From IMG/VR virus record IMGVR_UViG_3300044808_000084: 64,000 bases of DNA. One strand, written 5' to 3'. The stretch comes from an uncultured virus (IMG/VR IMGVR_UViG_3300044808_000084) (Duplodnaviria; Heunggongvirae; Uroviricota; Caudoviricetes). Numbering within the stretch: position 1 is the stretch's first letter; every line of letters begins with the position of its first letter. A program made the translations under genes and the position numbers. Positions 29,083 to 39,018 of the stretch are shown piece by piece. The notes under the pieces are model-generated. The model was not told the origin of the DNA. It saw only the letters and a program-made list of their open reading frames with translations, and made no database searches.

Positions 29083-29745
29083 TCACCAGCGCGCCTCCGC
29101 TGGGGCGAACGAGGAGCGCGGTTTGAATTGCGGCTGCCCGCCTTTCGTCACCACGTGCTGACCAGACCGGTCACGCGGCTCCACCCAGTCGACGCCGAGC
29201 GCGTCGAACAGGTCTCGCTCCTCGCGCGTCTCGAGCGCCGTGCCTTTGCGGTCACGCAAGTGGCCGCCCTCGACGTGGTAACAGGTGCGATGCCGCGCAT
29301 AGGTCATCAGCGCTTGCGAGAACTCCGCGCACCCGGTGCGAATCGCCAGAATCAGTCCCCAGTTGTCACGCGTGGCGAGGAACAGGTCGAGCTTGATGCG
29401 GCGGCCGACGAGTGCCCGCCAGTACTTCCCTTCCGGTTTGGGCGTCCACGGCAGGAGGAGATGCGTGCCCGGTTTAATCCAGCGCACGTAGTCGTGCAGA
29501 CCGCCTTCCGGTTTGACCACCAGTTCCGCCCACTCGTGGAGGAGGTTGACGCGCTCAGGCTCGCCACCGAAGAGCGGCAGGTCTGTCCCGGGCCGCACGC
29601 CCCATTTCGGGATCGCGACGATCTCGATGTCTTTCACGTCTTGCCGCGCGCGGCGAATACTGCCCGCGATCTCGATGCGGTGACAGTGAGGGCGCATCAT
29701 CGAGACTAGGTCGTCGGCTATCGCTTTGGCTTCACGAACGTGCAT
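29083..29745 (-). CDS. Minimal family X DNA polymerase (Pol beta palm and thumb)
   Basis: IAGSIRR..KDIEIV, KLDLF, IRTG, ERDLFDALG..WVEPRDR. Confidence 0.8.
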   Translation of the reverse strand: MHVREAKAIADDLVSMMRPHCHRIEIAGSIRRARQDVKDIEIVAIPKWGVRPGTDLPLFGGEPERVNLLHEWAELVVKPEGGLHDYVRWIKPGTHLLLPWTPKPEGKYWRALVGRRIKLDLFLATRDNWGLILAIRTGCAEFSQALMTYARHRTCYHVEGGHLRDRKGTALETREERDLFDALGVDWVEPRDRSGQHVVTKGGQPQFKPRSSFAPAEARW

Positions 29746-29799
29746 TAGTCGTCCTCCATGGCATCGTTGCGGCATGAGAGATCGGTGTCCGTCGGGGCA

Positions 29800-30708
29800 T
29801 TAACCGGTCGCCGCGGACGGGGAGCCGCGCGCCTCGTTCGTCTCCACTTCCGCGCGCGCCTTCAGCCGCGCGAGCAGTCCGTCGTGAGAACACTTCGCGA
29901 CGCCGCCCGCCGGCCCCGCCGGGTAGTAAAAGTTTCGCCCTTCGCAGTCCGGGCACTCTTTCGGGTTAAGCAGCACCGGAGCGGGCGGCATCGGCAGTGG
30001 CGGGTTGAGATGTTGCTCGACCTGCCAGTCGTGCTTGCCCGTTTCGAGCGCGACCGTGACCCATCCGTCGCCGAGACCTTTGGCACGGGCGCAACTCACG
30101 ACCTGTTCGAGCGTGAACTTCGTCTTCCAACTCGAAACCGCCCTCTCTTTCTCCGGTTCGTCGCCCGGATCCTCGGAATTGCCCGCACGCGGAGAGAGAG
30201 AGAGTTCTTGAATGGTTCTTGCAGAAGGTTCTTCTAATGGTTCTTCTGTCCTTATAGGGGGGTCTGGGGGGATGATCATGGAGTGATCACTTTGATCACC
30301 AGGTGAACACTTTGATCGTACAGTGATCAGTTTGTTCACCTCCTGATCAGTTTGTTCACCTAGTGAACGGTCCGCCAGGCGCAGACTGAAGTGTTCCAGG
30401 TTCTCCTGCCAGATGTCTGACACGGAGATCACGTCGCGCCCTTTGACCGAGCGCACCTTGATTAGGCCCCGCTTCTTCAGACTATTTTTCGCCGCGCTCA
30501 CCTGTCCGGCGCTCATGGAAGTGGCTTCGGCGAGTTCACGACAATTCTCGTTGCACACCCCGCCATCTCCGGCGCGCCGCTTTACGTGGACGTAAAGAGC
30601 CATTTCGAAGGGGCTGAGGCGCAGCTCGTCAATCAAGTTCGGGATCTCTGTCCGATACTTGTGGCTGGCCGCCGTGGCCTGCGCGGACGGTTGTGTTTTC
30701 ATCGTCAC
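29800..30708 (-). CDS. Replication initiator (HTH, lambda O-like)
   Basis: N-terminal wHTH (CRELAEATSMSAGQV..LKKRGLI); internal iterons. Confidence 0.75.
   Translation of the reverse strand: MTMKTQPSAQATAASHKYRTEIPNLIDELRLSPFEMALYVHVKRRAGDGGVCNENCRELAEATSMSAGQVSAAKNSLKKRGLIKVRSVKGRDVISVSDIWQENLEHFSLRLADRSLGEQTDQEVNKLITVRSKCSPGDQSDHSMIIPPDPPIRTEEPLEEPSARTIQELSLSPRAGNSEDPGDEPEKERAVSSWKTKFTLEQVVSCARAKGLGDGWVTVALETGKHDWQVEQHLNPPLPMPPAPVLLNPKECPDCEGRNFYYPAGPAGGVAKCSHDGLLARLKARAEVETNEARGSPSAATG
30281..30360. repeat. Four 20-bp iterons (putative prophage ori)
   Basis: gagtgatcactttgatcacc / aggtgaacactttgatcgta / cagtgatcagtttgttcacc / tcctgatcagtttgttcacc. Confidence 0.7.
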
Positions 30709-30837
30709 CGGTAGTTAAGCTGGTCGTCTGATTGCTTCTATCGGGAGCTACAAGAAAGGGCGCGAGATTTCCCGGTTGTGTGCCGGTCGCGCCCTGCGTC
30801 ACTTACCGCCGGACTCGCGCCCGGCAGAATGTCTCGG

Positions 30838-31146
30838 TCATTGCCCTTCTTCTCCATCCACAGGGACTACGTGCTCGATGCCGTAAAACCTGACGAGATC
30901 GCCCTCTGCAAAAAATCCGGCGCGCTCTCGCCTGAGAAGAATCTCCGCTCGTCGCGTAAGCAACCCCTCGCGTTGGTCGCGCAGGTCGAGCGAGAGGTGG
31001 CAGGCAGCCGCTAGTTCCGTGTTAACGGCTGCGATGGCCGCGTTCAGCGTCTCCAGTTCGTCTTCCGTCGGGACGGTGACGGAGTCGCAGGCGAGTATCG
31101 CCTCCGTCACCGTCGTGGCGAGCGCGAGATTTGGAGTTGCCGACAT
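30838..31146 (-). CDS. Hypothetical protein
   Basis: RBS AAGGAG before MSATPNL. Confidence 0.55.
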   Translation of the reverse strand: MSATPNLALATTVTEAILACDSVTVPTEDELETLNAAIAAVNTELAAACHLSLDLRDQREGLLTRRAEILLRRERAGFFAEGDLVRFYGIEHVVPVDGEEGQ

Positions 31147-31270
31147 AAAGATTCTCCTTCGTTGTTCTGTAAGAGCGGAGCGGCATCCCCGTCCGAAGGA
31201 TGCCAGCGTCCGCTCTCCTTTGTGGCCGCGCATCGAAGAGCGATGCCCCCTCGCGCACCACAAACCGTTG

Positions 31271-31711
31271 TCAAGCGGCGCGTACCTCGCGCGCCTCAAT
31301 CATCGCCAGCAGCAAGCGCTTCTCGGCGATGTCTTCCGCGATCTCGCGTTTGAGCCGCGCCGTGTCGCCACCGAGGAAGGCCGCACGGATAATGTCCGAA
31401 TGCTCACCCTCGCATTTCGCGATCTGCGTCGGCACGTCCGCCGTGGCGAGGGCTTCGAGGTCGCGCAAGCCCTGCACGCGCGCGCGGAAATCTTCGTAGA
31501 GAAAGTCCGCCCCTTCGCGGTTGGCGACGAAGATCGATTCGTACCAGCGCCAGAACGCGCCGTAGTAATCCGTGCGCCGGACGTCCGCTGGCTCCTCGCA
31601 CTGGCGGTTGACCCAGCGCGGGGTGCAACGCTTGCCGAATTTGCCGAGGGCTTCGGCGACCGCCTTCGCGCAGCCGCCGACGGCGATGCGATTGACTTGC
31701 CAAGTGTGCAT
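31271..31711 (-). CDS. Early regulatory protein (CII-like position)
   Basis: Downstream of the cro and xis-like genes; helical. Confidence 0.45.
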   Translation of the reverse strand: MHTWQVNRIAVGGCAKAVAEALGKFGKRCTPRWVNRQCEEPADVRRTDYYGAFWRWYESIFVANREGADFLYEDFRARVQGLRDLEALATADVPTQIAKCEGEHSDIIRAAFLGGDTARLKREIAEDIAEKRLLLAMIEAREVRAA

Positions 31712-31826
31712 GTGTGTCTCATCCGCCCGCGCCCCTCTCGCAGTTGGTTCCTAAAATGTTTGGTGAAGAACTAGCAGCGCGCCCTTTTCGCGCCGTAAAG
31801 TTTCACGCGTGAACGACTCACACCGG

Positions 31827-32063
31827 TTAACCCGCTCGCCTCACGTCACTCATCTCGCGCACGACCGCGCTCACGGACTTCGCCCGCTTCACGAGGTCGG
31901 CGGCCAGCGTCTCCGCGCTCTCGCGTACGATGAGGTGCCGCTTGCCGACGTGGACATGGGCAAGGCGTGCAAAGTCGCCGCGCGCGTTGCGGATGGTTGA
32001 CTCGGAGACGCGAAAGAACTCTGCGGTCTCCTGCATCGACATGAATGGTGACTGTGCAGACAT
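31827..32063 (-). CDS. Excisionase-like HTH protein
   Basis: MSMQETAEFFRVSESTIRN..HVGKRHLI. Confidence 0.7.
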   Translation of the reverse strand: MSAQSPFMSMQETAEFFRVSESTIRNARGDFARLAHVHVGKRHLIVRESAETLAADLVKRAKSVSAVVREMSDVRRAG

Positions 32064-32072
32064 GACGAAGCC

Positions 32073-32273
32073 TTACGCAGCTTTTTCCAGCCTGATTTCA
32101 ATCTTGAGACTGAGAGCCCGTGCAGCTTTTTTAAGCGAAGTTAGCCTCACCTTCTCATCACCATTCCGAATTGCGGAAATTGTGCTGCCTGATAATCCCG
32201 CTTTAACGGCGAGTTTCTCGTTGGTAAGGTTTAGCCGCTCCATTTCCGCATTGATAATCGTCGTGTTGTACAT
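32073..32273 (-). CDS. Cro-like repressor
   Basis: LTNEKLAVKAGLSGSTISAIRNG XRE-type HTH, divergent from CI. Confidence 0.85.
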   Translation of the reverse strand: MYNTTIINAEMERLNLTNEKLAVKAGLSGSTISAIRNGDEKVRLTSLKKAARALSLKIEIRLEKAA

Positions 32274-32340
32274 AACCGTCCTTTCTATCTAGCAGCAAAT
32301 TGCTACCAATATGTAGCGATGCTATGCCTCCACGGATTTT

Positions 32341-32814
32341 ATGTCAAGTATTATTTTCGATGAATCATTACTCATTGGTAATGTTGAAAATGATAGACAT
32401 TTCGCTGTGAATAAGCAGCGAGTCGAAAGTTTGCCTGATTACGTTCGGCGCGTCCGGAATGAAAAGGGGCTGTCGCTTTTAGATGTGGAACGTCGGGCGC
32501 GACAGCTAGGGCATGAGATCGCGGGCAGTTATGTGAATCGCATCGAAAATGAAATTGCCGATGCGGCGGGCGTGACCCCTAAGAAGCTCCAAGCACTGGC
32601 CGCCGGGCTTGATGTTTCCGAAGACGAAATCTTCGCAGTGGCGCGTGGCAAATCACTGACCGGGGTGGAAATGTTCGACTCGGAGATCGCCGTTCTCTTT
32701 AACGGCTTCGATGAATTATCAGATGAAGATAAGTTGGAACTACTTTCGACGGTGAAAATGCTAGCAAACGAGATACAGCGCAGAAGGCCGCGTAACGGTA
32801 AGCCGAAGAAGTAG
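32341..32814 (+). CDS. CI-like XRE repressor (may start at GTG 32407)
   Basis: RNEKGLSLLDVE..YVNRIEN..LAAGLDV. Confidence 0.85.
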   Translation: MSSIIFDESLLIGNVENDRHFAVNKQRVESLPDYVRRVRNEKGLSLLDVERRARQLGHEIAGSYVNRIENEIADAAGVTPKKLQALAAGLDVSEDEIFAVARGKSLTGVEMFDSEIAVLFNGFDELSDEDKLELLSTVKMLANEIQRRRPRNGKPKK

Positions 32815-32829
32815 TACCGACTAAGCGGA

Positions 32830-33285
32830 GTGGTTGTGAACCTCCTCGCCAAAGCAATCAAAGCCTACGCGCCTGCCTGGAACGCGCGTCCGCTGACGGA
32901 AGATGATTTCTACCGGCTCTGCCGGAAGCTCAGGGTCAAGGTCGTTGAAATTCCCTTGTGCGTTCCCGGCCTCTTCATGCAGGTCGGCAACAGACGCTTC
33001 CTCTACGTTAACAGCCGGTTGCGTGGCGTCGAGTGGCTGCGTGCCGCGTTTCACGAACTCGGCCACGCTTTTTTGCACTCACCGCCAACGGGCACGGTCG
33101 CCTATTTCTTCCGACTGCCCCCGAACTCGAAGCGCGAGCACGAGGCCGAAGCGTTTGCGGCCATCGCGCTCATCCCCTTGAGACTCGTGCTCAGCAAATT
33201 GCCGTGGGAAATTCAGGAAGAGTACGACTACCCGACTGACTTAATCGAACTACGGAAGTGGATTTACGACAATTACAGAATTTGA
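32830..33285 (+). CDS. ImmA/IrrE family metallopeptidase (anti-repressor)
   Basis: HELGH..E.EAEAFA; adjacent to the repressor. Confidence 0.85.
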   Translation: MVVNLLAKAIKAYAPAWNARPLTEDDFYRLCRKLRVKVVEIPLCVPGLFMQVGNRRFLYVNSRLRGVEWLRAAFHELGHAFLHSPPTGTVAYFFRLPPNSKREHEAEAFAAIALIPLRLVLSKLPWEIQEEYDYPTDLIELRKWIYDNYRI

Positions 33286-33346
33286 ATTGAACTGCGCACC
33301 CGCCTCTCGACCAGCGCAACCGTCACCCTCATCGAACTCGAAAGGG

Positions 33347-33940
33347 ATGATTATGAATTTAATCAGCTGCTTTCTCATCTCATTGTCATTCAGTATGGCC
33401 TTATGCCTTTCAGCGGCGGCGCAATCGAACAGGCCAGACGAGGTTTCTTTAATCAATGACATCTACTTCGCCTATTACCGCAACACAGATAAGACCATGG
33501 TTATGTCGAAGGGCATCACTATTTTCGACAACAGTCAGGATGGCTTCCACTACTTCCAGGGCGCACAGCGTGTAGACCTGTTCCTGACTTATGAGTTCAA
33601 AGGCAAATCACTGACACAGATGCCTTCCTCAATCTCTGTGATGTTTGAATCGAGATCGAGCGCTCCGCAACTCACTCAACTAACCAGCCGAAAATTTGCA
33701 TTGATGGCCGACACCAGGTCGGTTTTCTCTGTCTCCGGCTCACTTACCAAAAGCAATGTCATCGGCCTCATCACTTGGGAAAACGTGACTGTCGAGGTTC
33801 CTCTCAGCGACATTGAAAAGTTCCTTGCGGCCACTCAAACGGCGAGCCTTCAGATCGGCTCCATTAATTATTCATTTTCAAGAGATGAATTTTCATCGTT
33901 CAGAAAATTCGTTGACGCGCTACGCATAGCCAAACAGTAA
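33347..33940 (+). CDS. Secreted hypothetical protein
   Basis: Signal peptide ending AAAQ; lower GC. Confidence 0.65.
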   Translation: MIMNLISCFLISLSFSMALCLSAAAQSNRPDEVSLINDIYFAYYRNTDKTMVMSKGITIFDNSQDGFHYFQGAQRVDLFLTYEFKGKSLTQMPSSISVMFESRSSAPQLTQLTSRKFALMADTRSVFSVSGSLTKSNVIGLITWENVTVEVPLSDIEKFLAATQTASLQIGSINYSFSRDEFSSFRKFVDALRIAKQ

Positions 33941-33976
33941 AGACATCTGTCTCCCCTCTATTTGAAAGGATAGATC

Positions 33977-34447
33977 ATGAAACACATACGTCTCCCGCTG
34001 CTGACGGCCATCTTCATCCTGATTACTGCCTGTGGCTCGTTCGCGCAGACATTAAAGACTGAGCCGTCCCCCCGTCGAGTCGCTATCAGCCTGCGAGATG
34101 CCGATCCCGTTTCAGGGACTCTCGTAGGCGCAGATGCTGATTCCCTGCTCATTGAGGTTGATGGCAAGCTCACCAAGTTCGCGCTTGATGATGTCACGAT
34201 GATCATCTTCGCGTCGGTCAGAGCGAAGACTGCCACGCTCCCACTAAGTGAAACAACGCCACCGGCTGTTGTCGATTCGGAGAGTGCCACATCGCCCACA
34301 CCCCTTGTACCAGAACCTAGTGAAAGAGTCTCCCCTAGCACTTCAACTCCTAGCACCACTGGAGGGCCTGTTCAGGTGCGAGGTTACTATCGGAAAGACG
34401 GAACATATGTCCGCCCACACACACGTAGAGCGCCGCGGCGGAATTAA
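33977..34447 (+). CDS. Secreted protein with C-terminal VRGYYRKDGTYVRPH motif
   Basis: Signal peptide, Pro/Ser/Thr linker and conserved C-terminal motif. Confidence 0.7.
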   Translation: MKHIRLPLLTAIFILITACGSFAQTLKTEPSPRRVAISLRDADPVSGTLVGADADSLLIEVDGKLTKFALDDVTMIIFASVRAKTATLPLSETTPPAVVDSESATSPTPLVPEPSERVSPSTSTPSTTGGPVQVRGYYRKDGTYVRPHTRRAPRRN

Positions 34448-34458
34448 AGGAGAGATAA

Positions 34459-35238
34459 ATGGTAGCCGATAACTCTGCCGGTAGGCTTCTTAAACTATTG
34501 CGTAGAGCAAACGAAGTAAGGCGCGATGGGAAGCCCCGTCAGGTTTGGCTCGGCTGGGCTAAGGTCTTTGACCTACCAGTGCCTAACTCATTTCCGGCGG
34601 GGCATACCCTCCCCCCAGCAACCCAGATTGAAATCCTTAGTCGCCTATCGGCAATGCTCAATCTCATCAACAATCTTGATAAAGAGTTATCAAGCATCGA
34701 GGGATTACCGGAACGTTACCGGCGGCTTGTCACTCGCATCAGTCGCGTATTTCAAGTTCACGATCTCACAGCTGATTTTCACACAGCTCTAAACCAACTT
34801 GGAGAAGGTGATCTGGATTTGCTGGAGGAGTGCCAAGAGAAGCTTGCCCATTATCGTCCTGAAGAGGTTGCAGATCAACAAGCTTTAGAAGACCTGTGGC
34901 AGGATGTCACGGCTCTCTATGAGGAGATTATGGTCGCTCCTTTAGATAGAGAACTAAAGGAGTTCATATTAGGTCAGTTGGAATCAATCCGTAGAGCCAT
35001 CCATGAATACAGAGTTGGCGGGATCGAGCGGTTGCGAAGCGCTCTCGCAACGAATCTGGGAGAACTGTTTCTTCATAAAGAACTCTTGCAAAAGTACAAA
35101 GAAAACGAGTTTCTTAGGAAGACAGTTATGTTCTCCTACAAATTAGGGTCAATAGTGACGTTCGGCGCGGATTTGACCACGATGATTGGCAATGTTGCGC
35201 CACATATCTTGAGGCTTACAAGCGGCGGGCTGAGTTGA
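34459..35238 (+). CDS. Hypothetical helical protein (accessory)
   Basis: RBS AAGGAG; low-GC 259-aa ORF. Confidence 0.7.
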   Translation: MVADNSAGRLLKLLRRANEVRRDGKPRQVWLGWAKVFDLPVPNSFPAGHTLPPATQIEILSRLSAMLNLINNLDKELSSIEGLPERYRRLVTRISRVFQVHDLTADFHTALNQLGEGDLDLLEECQEKLAHYRPEEVADQQALEDLWQDVTALYEEIMVAPLDRELKEFILGQLESIRRAIHEYRVGGIERLRSALATNLGELFLHKELLQKYKENEFLRKTVMFSYKLGSIVTFGADLTTMIGNVAPHILRLTSGGLS

Positions 35239-35318
35239 TACCAGTGGAGCACGTGACGCGTGAAGAAAGACGGTAAGAAGATGTCCACATTCTTAATGTC
35301 AGATAAGGAGAAAGCCTG

Positions 35319-37175
35319 ATGGAAATTTTCATCAGTTGGTCAGGTGAGAGAAGCAGGATAGTAGCCGAGGCGCTCAAAAAGTGGCTCCATTTGATTATCC
35401 AGTCTTCGAGCCCATGGATGTCAGAACATGACATCAGCAAGGGCACTCGATGGGGGAGTGAGTTAGCCGAAACTCTAGACAAATGCAATTTCGGAATTCT
35501 ATGTCTTACAGCCGAGAATCTAAACGCACCGTGGATATTATTTGAGGCAGGAGCTTTATCAAAATCAATTGGTAAAGCACGAATAGTTCCTTACTTATTA
35601 GATATTAGTTTCGAGGATGTTAAGGGACCCCTTCAACAGTTCAATATGGCAAAAGCCACTAAAGATGAGACCAGAAAACTTTTAACCTCTATCAGGCAGA
35701 GCGTAGGTACTGCTGCTCCGACTGAATCAGACATCGATGAGCTTTTTGAGAAATTTTGGCCTGAGCTAGAACAAGTGATTTTGAAAACAGCCCCCCATTC
35801 AGTGATGCCCCAACCTGAAGTTGGGGATAGTGTGGAATCACCATCACTTGAGCCTTCTAGCGATCTCAATAGTACTGATAAGTTATTGGACAATATGATT
35901 GAAGCCTCAGTATCAAGAGAGTTATCGAAGATAAGTGAGACTTATAAACTACTAAAAGCTGCTACTACTAACGAAACCGACATTGAGAGATATAATGCCA
36001 TTTATTTATATCTCAGATTCGTGGCAGGCGACACCGAAGCTATAGATAAGCTACAGGAACTGGCAAGTACAGAAAGTCACGGCGCGAACGGCCAATATTG
36101 GCTCGGGGCATGCTATGAGGCGTCAGAAAAGCATTTATTGGCCGCGTGCGCATTTAGCGCTGCCGCAGATAAATCTATAGTACCAGCAAGTAAAGCAGGA
36201 GCTAGGGTCAACGCCGCGAGGAGCTTTCATCGGGTTGGAGAGAAAGAGCGGGCTTACAAGATCATAATTGACTCACTGAGTGAGTTAGAAGGGTCAGTGC
36301 CTTTATCCACTCTGTATTCTGGGCTTGCGGAACTATTCGAGCTTGATAACGATTACCTGCTGCGGGCTGCTTGTCTTGAGAAAGCCTTGGATACTGCTCC
36401 TAATAATGTGTCCTTACATTTCCAAGCTGGATATGCGTACTCGCATGCAGGAACAGCATTTTCAGCCATATCTGTCTCTCACTATACAACCCTTCTTCAA
36501 TTTGATCCGAATGAGCAATGGGCATTGAATAACCTAGGAGTGCAGTACTACACTGAAGGAATCAAAGGACTATCAGCTAAGTCCTATCGAAAAGCAAAGG
36601 ACTTAGGCAACACGCTAGCCGCAGCAAATCTTTCATCAATATATATATACGCCGGTCTATTCGAAGATGCAGCCGCGCTCCTTAATGAAGCTCAAAAGAG
36701 AGAGAGCATTCATAAGGATGTTGGAAAAACATTTTCAAGTCTCCTAGAGGCGCAAGAAAATGAGTCCGAGGCACAGCAGAAAGTTTTAGTTAGAGCAAGG
36801 GAACAGCAGGGTTTCGTCTTGTCATTTACCAATGCGTTTTTCGATGAAAAACTTTATAGCCCCTCTTTCGGGGGAGCATGGATAACTGAGGCGGGCGTCA
36901 AATATTCACTATCAATAATTGGACAGCAGATTGATGGGACTTGGAAACAAGGTTATACGGAGTACAAATTAACAGGTACATGGAGAAATCGTGGCGCAAG
37001 CTTTACGGTCCAAAGAAAAGGTCTGACCACGTTTGACGAAGATGGTCAAGGTTACATGTATCTCTCGCATGACGGCAGTCAATTGGAGATAATGGTAGTA
37101 AATAGCACGAGCCGTATTCACTCGTTTTACAGGTTAGCAGCTACGATGCCGACTGTAGCAGAGGATTTAGTTTAG
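35319..37175 (+). CDS. TIR domain protein with TPR repeats
   Basis: MEIFISWSGERS..WMSEHDI..WILFEAGAL (TIR with catalytic Glu); TPR-like ALNNLGV; low GC. Confidence 0.85.
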   Translation: MEIFISWSGERSRIVAEALKKWLHLIIQSSSPWMSEHDISKGTRWGSELAETLDKCNFGILCLTAENLNAPWILFEAGALSKSIGKARIVPYLLDISFEDVKGPLQQFNMAKATKDETRKLLTSIRQSVGTAAPTESDIDELFEKFWPELEQVILKTAPHSVMPQPEVGDSVESPSLEPSSDLNSTDKLLDNMIEASVSRELSKISETYKLLKAATTNETDIERYNAIYLYLRFVAGDTEAIDKLQELASTESHGANGQYWLGACYEASEKHLLAACAFSAAADKSIVPASKAGARVNAARSFHRVGEKERAYKIIIDSLSELEGSVPLSTLYSGLAELFELDNDYLLRAACLEKALDTAPNNVSLHFQAGYAYSHAGTAFSAISVSHYTTLLQFDPNEQWALNNLGVQYYTEGIKGLSAKSYRKAKDLGNTLAAANLSSIYIYAGLFEDAAALLNEAQKRESIHKDVGKTFSSLLEAQENESEAQQKVLVRAREQQGFVLSFTNAFFDEKLYSPSFGGAWITEAGVKYSLSIIGQQIDGTWKQGYTEYKLTGTWRNRGASFTVQRKGLTTFDEDGQGYMYLSHDGSQLEIMVVNSTSRIHSFYRLAATMPTVAEDLV

Positions 37176-37358
37176 ATTCACCTTTCGGCCCATCTCAACA
37201 GCGCCTGATTAGCCGAAGATAGACCGTACATCCCGATGCGACTCATGCTTACCAAGCAATGCCGTAGTTGATAAGGGACTCCGCACATGGAAAAGTATCA
37301 GAGCAGAAAGATACTGATTCTGGGAAGAACATACCCGACTCCCCAAGGAGGCGATTGA

Positions 37359-38210
37359 ATGACTTTTAGGCTCCCAGAACTTGAAGACGACGGCCTCATC
37401 ACGCCTGAAGTAGGTGCATGGGGCGAAGAAAAATACAGGCTGGTCGGTCTCTACGCCGAGATGTTTTCAAAGTCGATGAAGGGCAAGTGGGGGAGCCGGG
37501 TCTATCTCGATTTGTTCGCCGGTGCTGGGCGCGCCCGGATTAAGGACACTAAGAGAATCCTACCCGCGTCGCCGCTCCTCGCGCTCAGCGTGGTAAACAA
37601 GTTCGATAAATATATCTTTTGCGAACTCGACGGGGAAAAGATTCAGGCACTCGAAACTCGCGTCAAGCGTGAGTTCCCCGCCGTGGACGCGATCTTCGTG
37701 CCCGGCGACACAAACCAAAACATCGGCGAGATCATGAAGAAGATTCCGCAGCACTACGCGGGCCACAACGTGCTTTGTTTCTGCTTCGTCGATCCGTACA
37801 TGGTGGCACACCTTGACTTCGAGACGATACGAAGGTTATCACAGCGCTTCGTTGATTTCCTCGTGCTAATCCCGTCCGGCATGGACGCCGGCAGGAATGT
37901 GGCTAAGTACCAGAGCGGTGAGGCAAGTAAAAATCTTGACAGGTTTCTCGGAACGGATGCCTGGCGCGGGGAGTGGGCTTCGGCCGAGGCGCGAGGGGAG
38001 AATTTCGAGTGGTTCGTTCGCGATCAGTTCGGGCGCCAGATGGCAAAGCTTAACTACATCTACGAAGGAACCGAAGACATGAAAGCGATTCGCCGTCACC
38101 AAAACAACATGCTGCTTTACCGCCTAGCATTCTTTAGCCGTAATGATCGCGGCAAGAGCTTCTGGGCGCAGGCATGCAAGTACAGCAACGATCAGCGCAC
38201 ACTCTTCTAG
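37359..38210 (+). CDS. tcmP: Three-Cys-motif partner protein (SAM-dependent methyltransferase-like)
   Basis: [21 protein letters not shown]; adjacent to DUF5131. Confidence 0.8.
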   Translation: MTFRLPELEDDGLITPEVGAWGEEKYRLVGLYAEMFSKSMKGKWGSRVYLDLFAGAGRARIKDTKRILPASPLLALSVVNKFDKYIFCELDGEKIQALETRVKREFPAVDAIFVPGDTNQNIGEIMKKIPQHYAGHNVLCFCFVDPYMVAHLDFETIRRLSQRFVDFLVLIPSGMDAGRNVAKYQSGEASKNLDRFLGTDAWRGEWASAEARGENFEWFVRDQFGRQMAKLNYIYEGTEDMKAIRRHQNNMLLYRLAFFSRNDRGKSFWAQACKYSNDQRTLF

Positions 38211-38229
38211 TCAACTCTCAGGAGGAACT

Positions 38230-38949
38230 ATGGGCACCAACTCGACAATCGAATGGACGGAGGCGACATGGAACCCGGTCACGGGCTGCACGAAGGTTAG
38301 TCCGGGGTGTAAGAATTGTTATGCGGAGCGGATGTCCCGCAGACTGCAAGCCATGGGCCAGCGTAATTACGTCAACGGGTTTCGCCTGACAGAGCAGCCT
38401 CGCATGCTGGAGCTGCCGCTGAGTTGGAGGAAGCCGCAGATGATTTTCGTCAACTCTATGAGCGACCTCTTTCACAGAGACGTTTCTACTGATTACATCA
38501 TGAGGGTTTTCGATGTGATGAACCGGGCGGATCGCCATATCTATCAAGTGCTGACCAAACGGTCACACAGGCTGATGAGGCTCAGCTCTCAGTTGCCTTG
38601 GGCCCCGCACATCTGGATGGGCGTCAGCGTCGAGAGTTCTGCTTATAAATTCCGCATCGACCATCTCAGGGAGACCGGCGCACACATCAAGTTCCTTTCC
38701 CTCGAACCTCTGCTCGCTCCGATCCCGGACATGAATCTTCAGGGCATCAACTGGACCATCGTCGGCGGGGAGTCCGGGCCGGGCGCACGTCCGATGGATC
38801 TCGAATGGGTTGTCGATATTCGTGATCAATGTCGCGCATCTAATGTGGCCTTCTTCTTTAAGCAGTGGGGCGGTGTCAACAAAAGCAGAACTGGCCGGGA
38901 GTTGGAAGGCCAAACATATAACGAGATGCCGGACCGCGCCGTTGCGTAG
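38230..38949 (+). CDS. DUF5131 / phage Gp37-Gp68 family three-Cys protein
   Basis: [49 protein letters not shown]. Confidence 0.92.
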   Translation: MGTNSTIEWTEATWNPVTGCTKVSPGCKNCYAERMSRRLQAMGQRNYVNGFRLTEQPRMLELPLSWRKPQMIFVNSMSDLFHRDVSTDYIMRVFDVMNRADRHIYQVLTKRSHRLMRLSSQLPWAPHIWMGVSVESSAYKFRIDHLRETGAHIKFLSLEPLLAPIPDMNLQGINWTIVGGESGPGARPMDLEWVVDIRDQCRASNVAFFFKQWGGVNKSRTGRELEGQTYNEMPDRAVA

Positions 38950-39018
38950 CTCTGCCTTACAATTTTACTACCATCCTCCCCCGCAACTCCCGATGCGGCT
39001 TCACACTAGGTGTAAGCC

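Noticed and set aside
30281..30360. CRISPR-like array
   Set aside because: Contiguous 20-bp repeats without spacers inside the initiator gene fit iterons; no cas genes are present.
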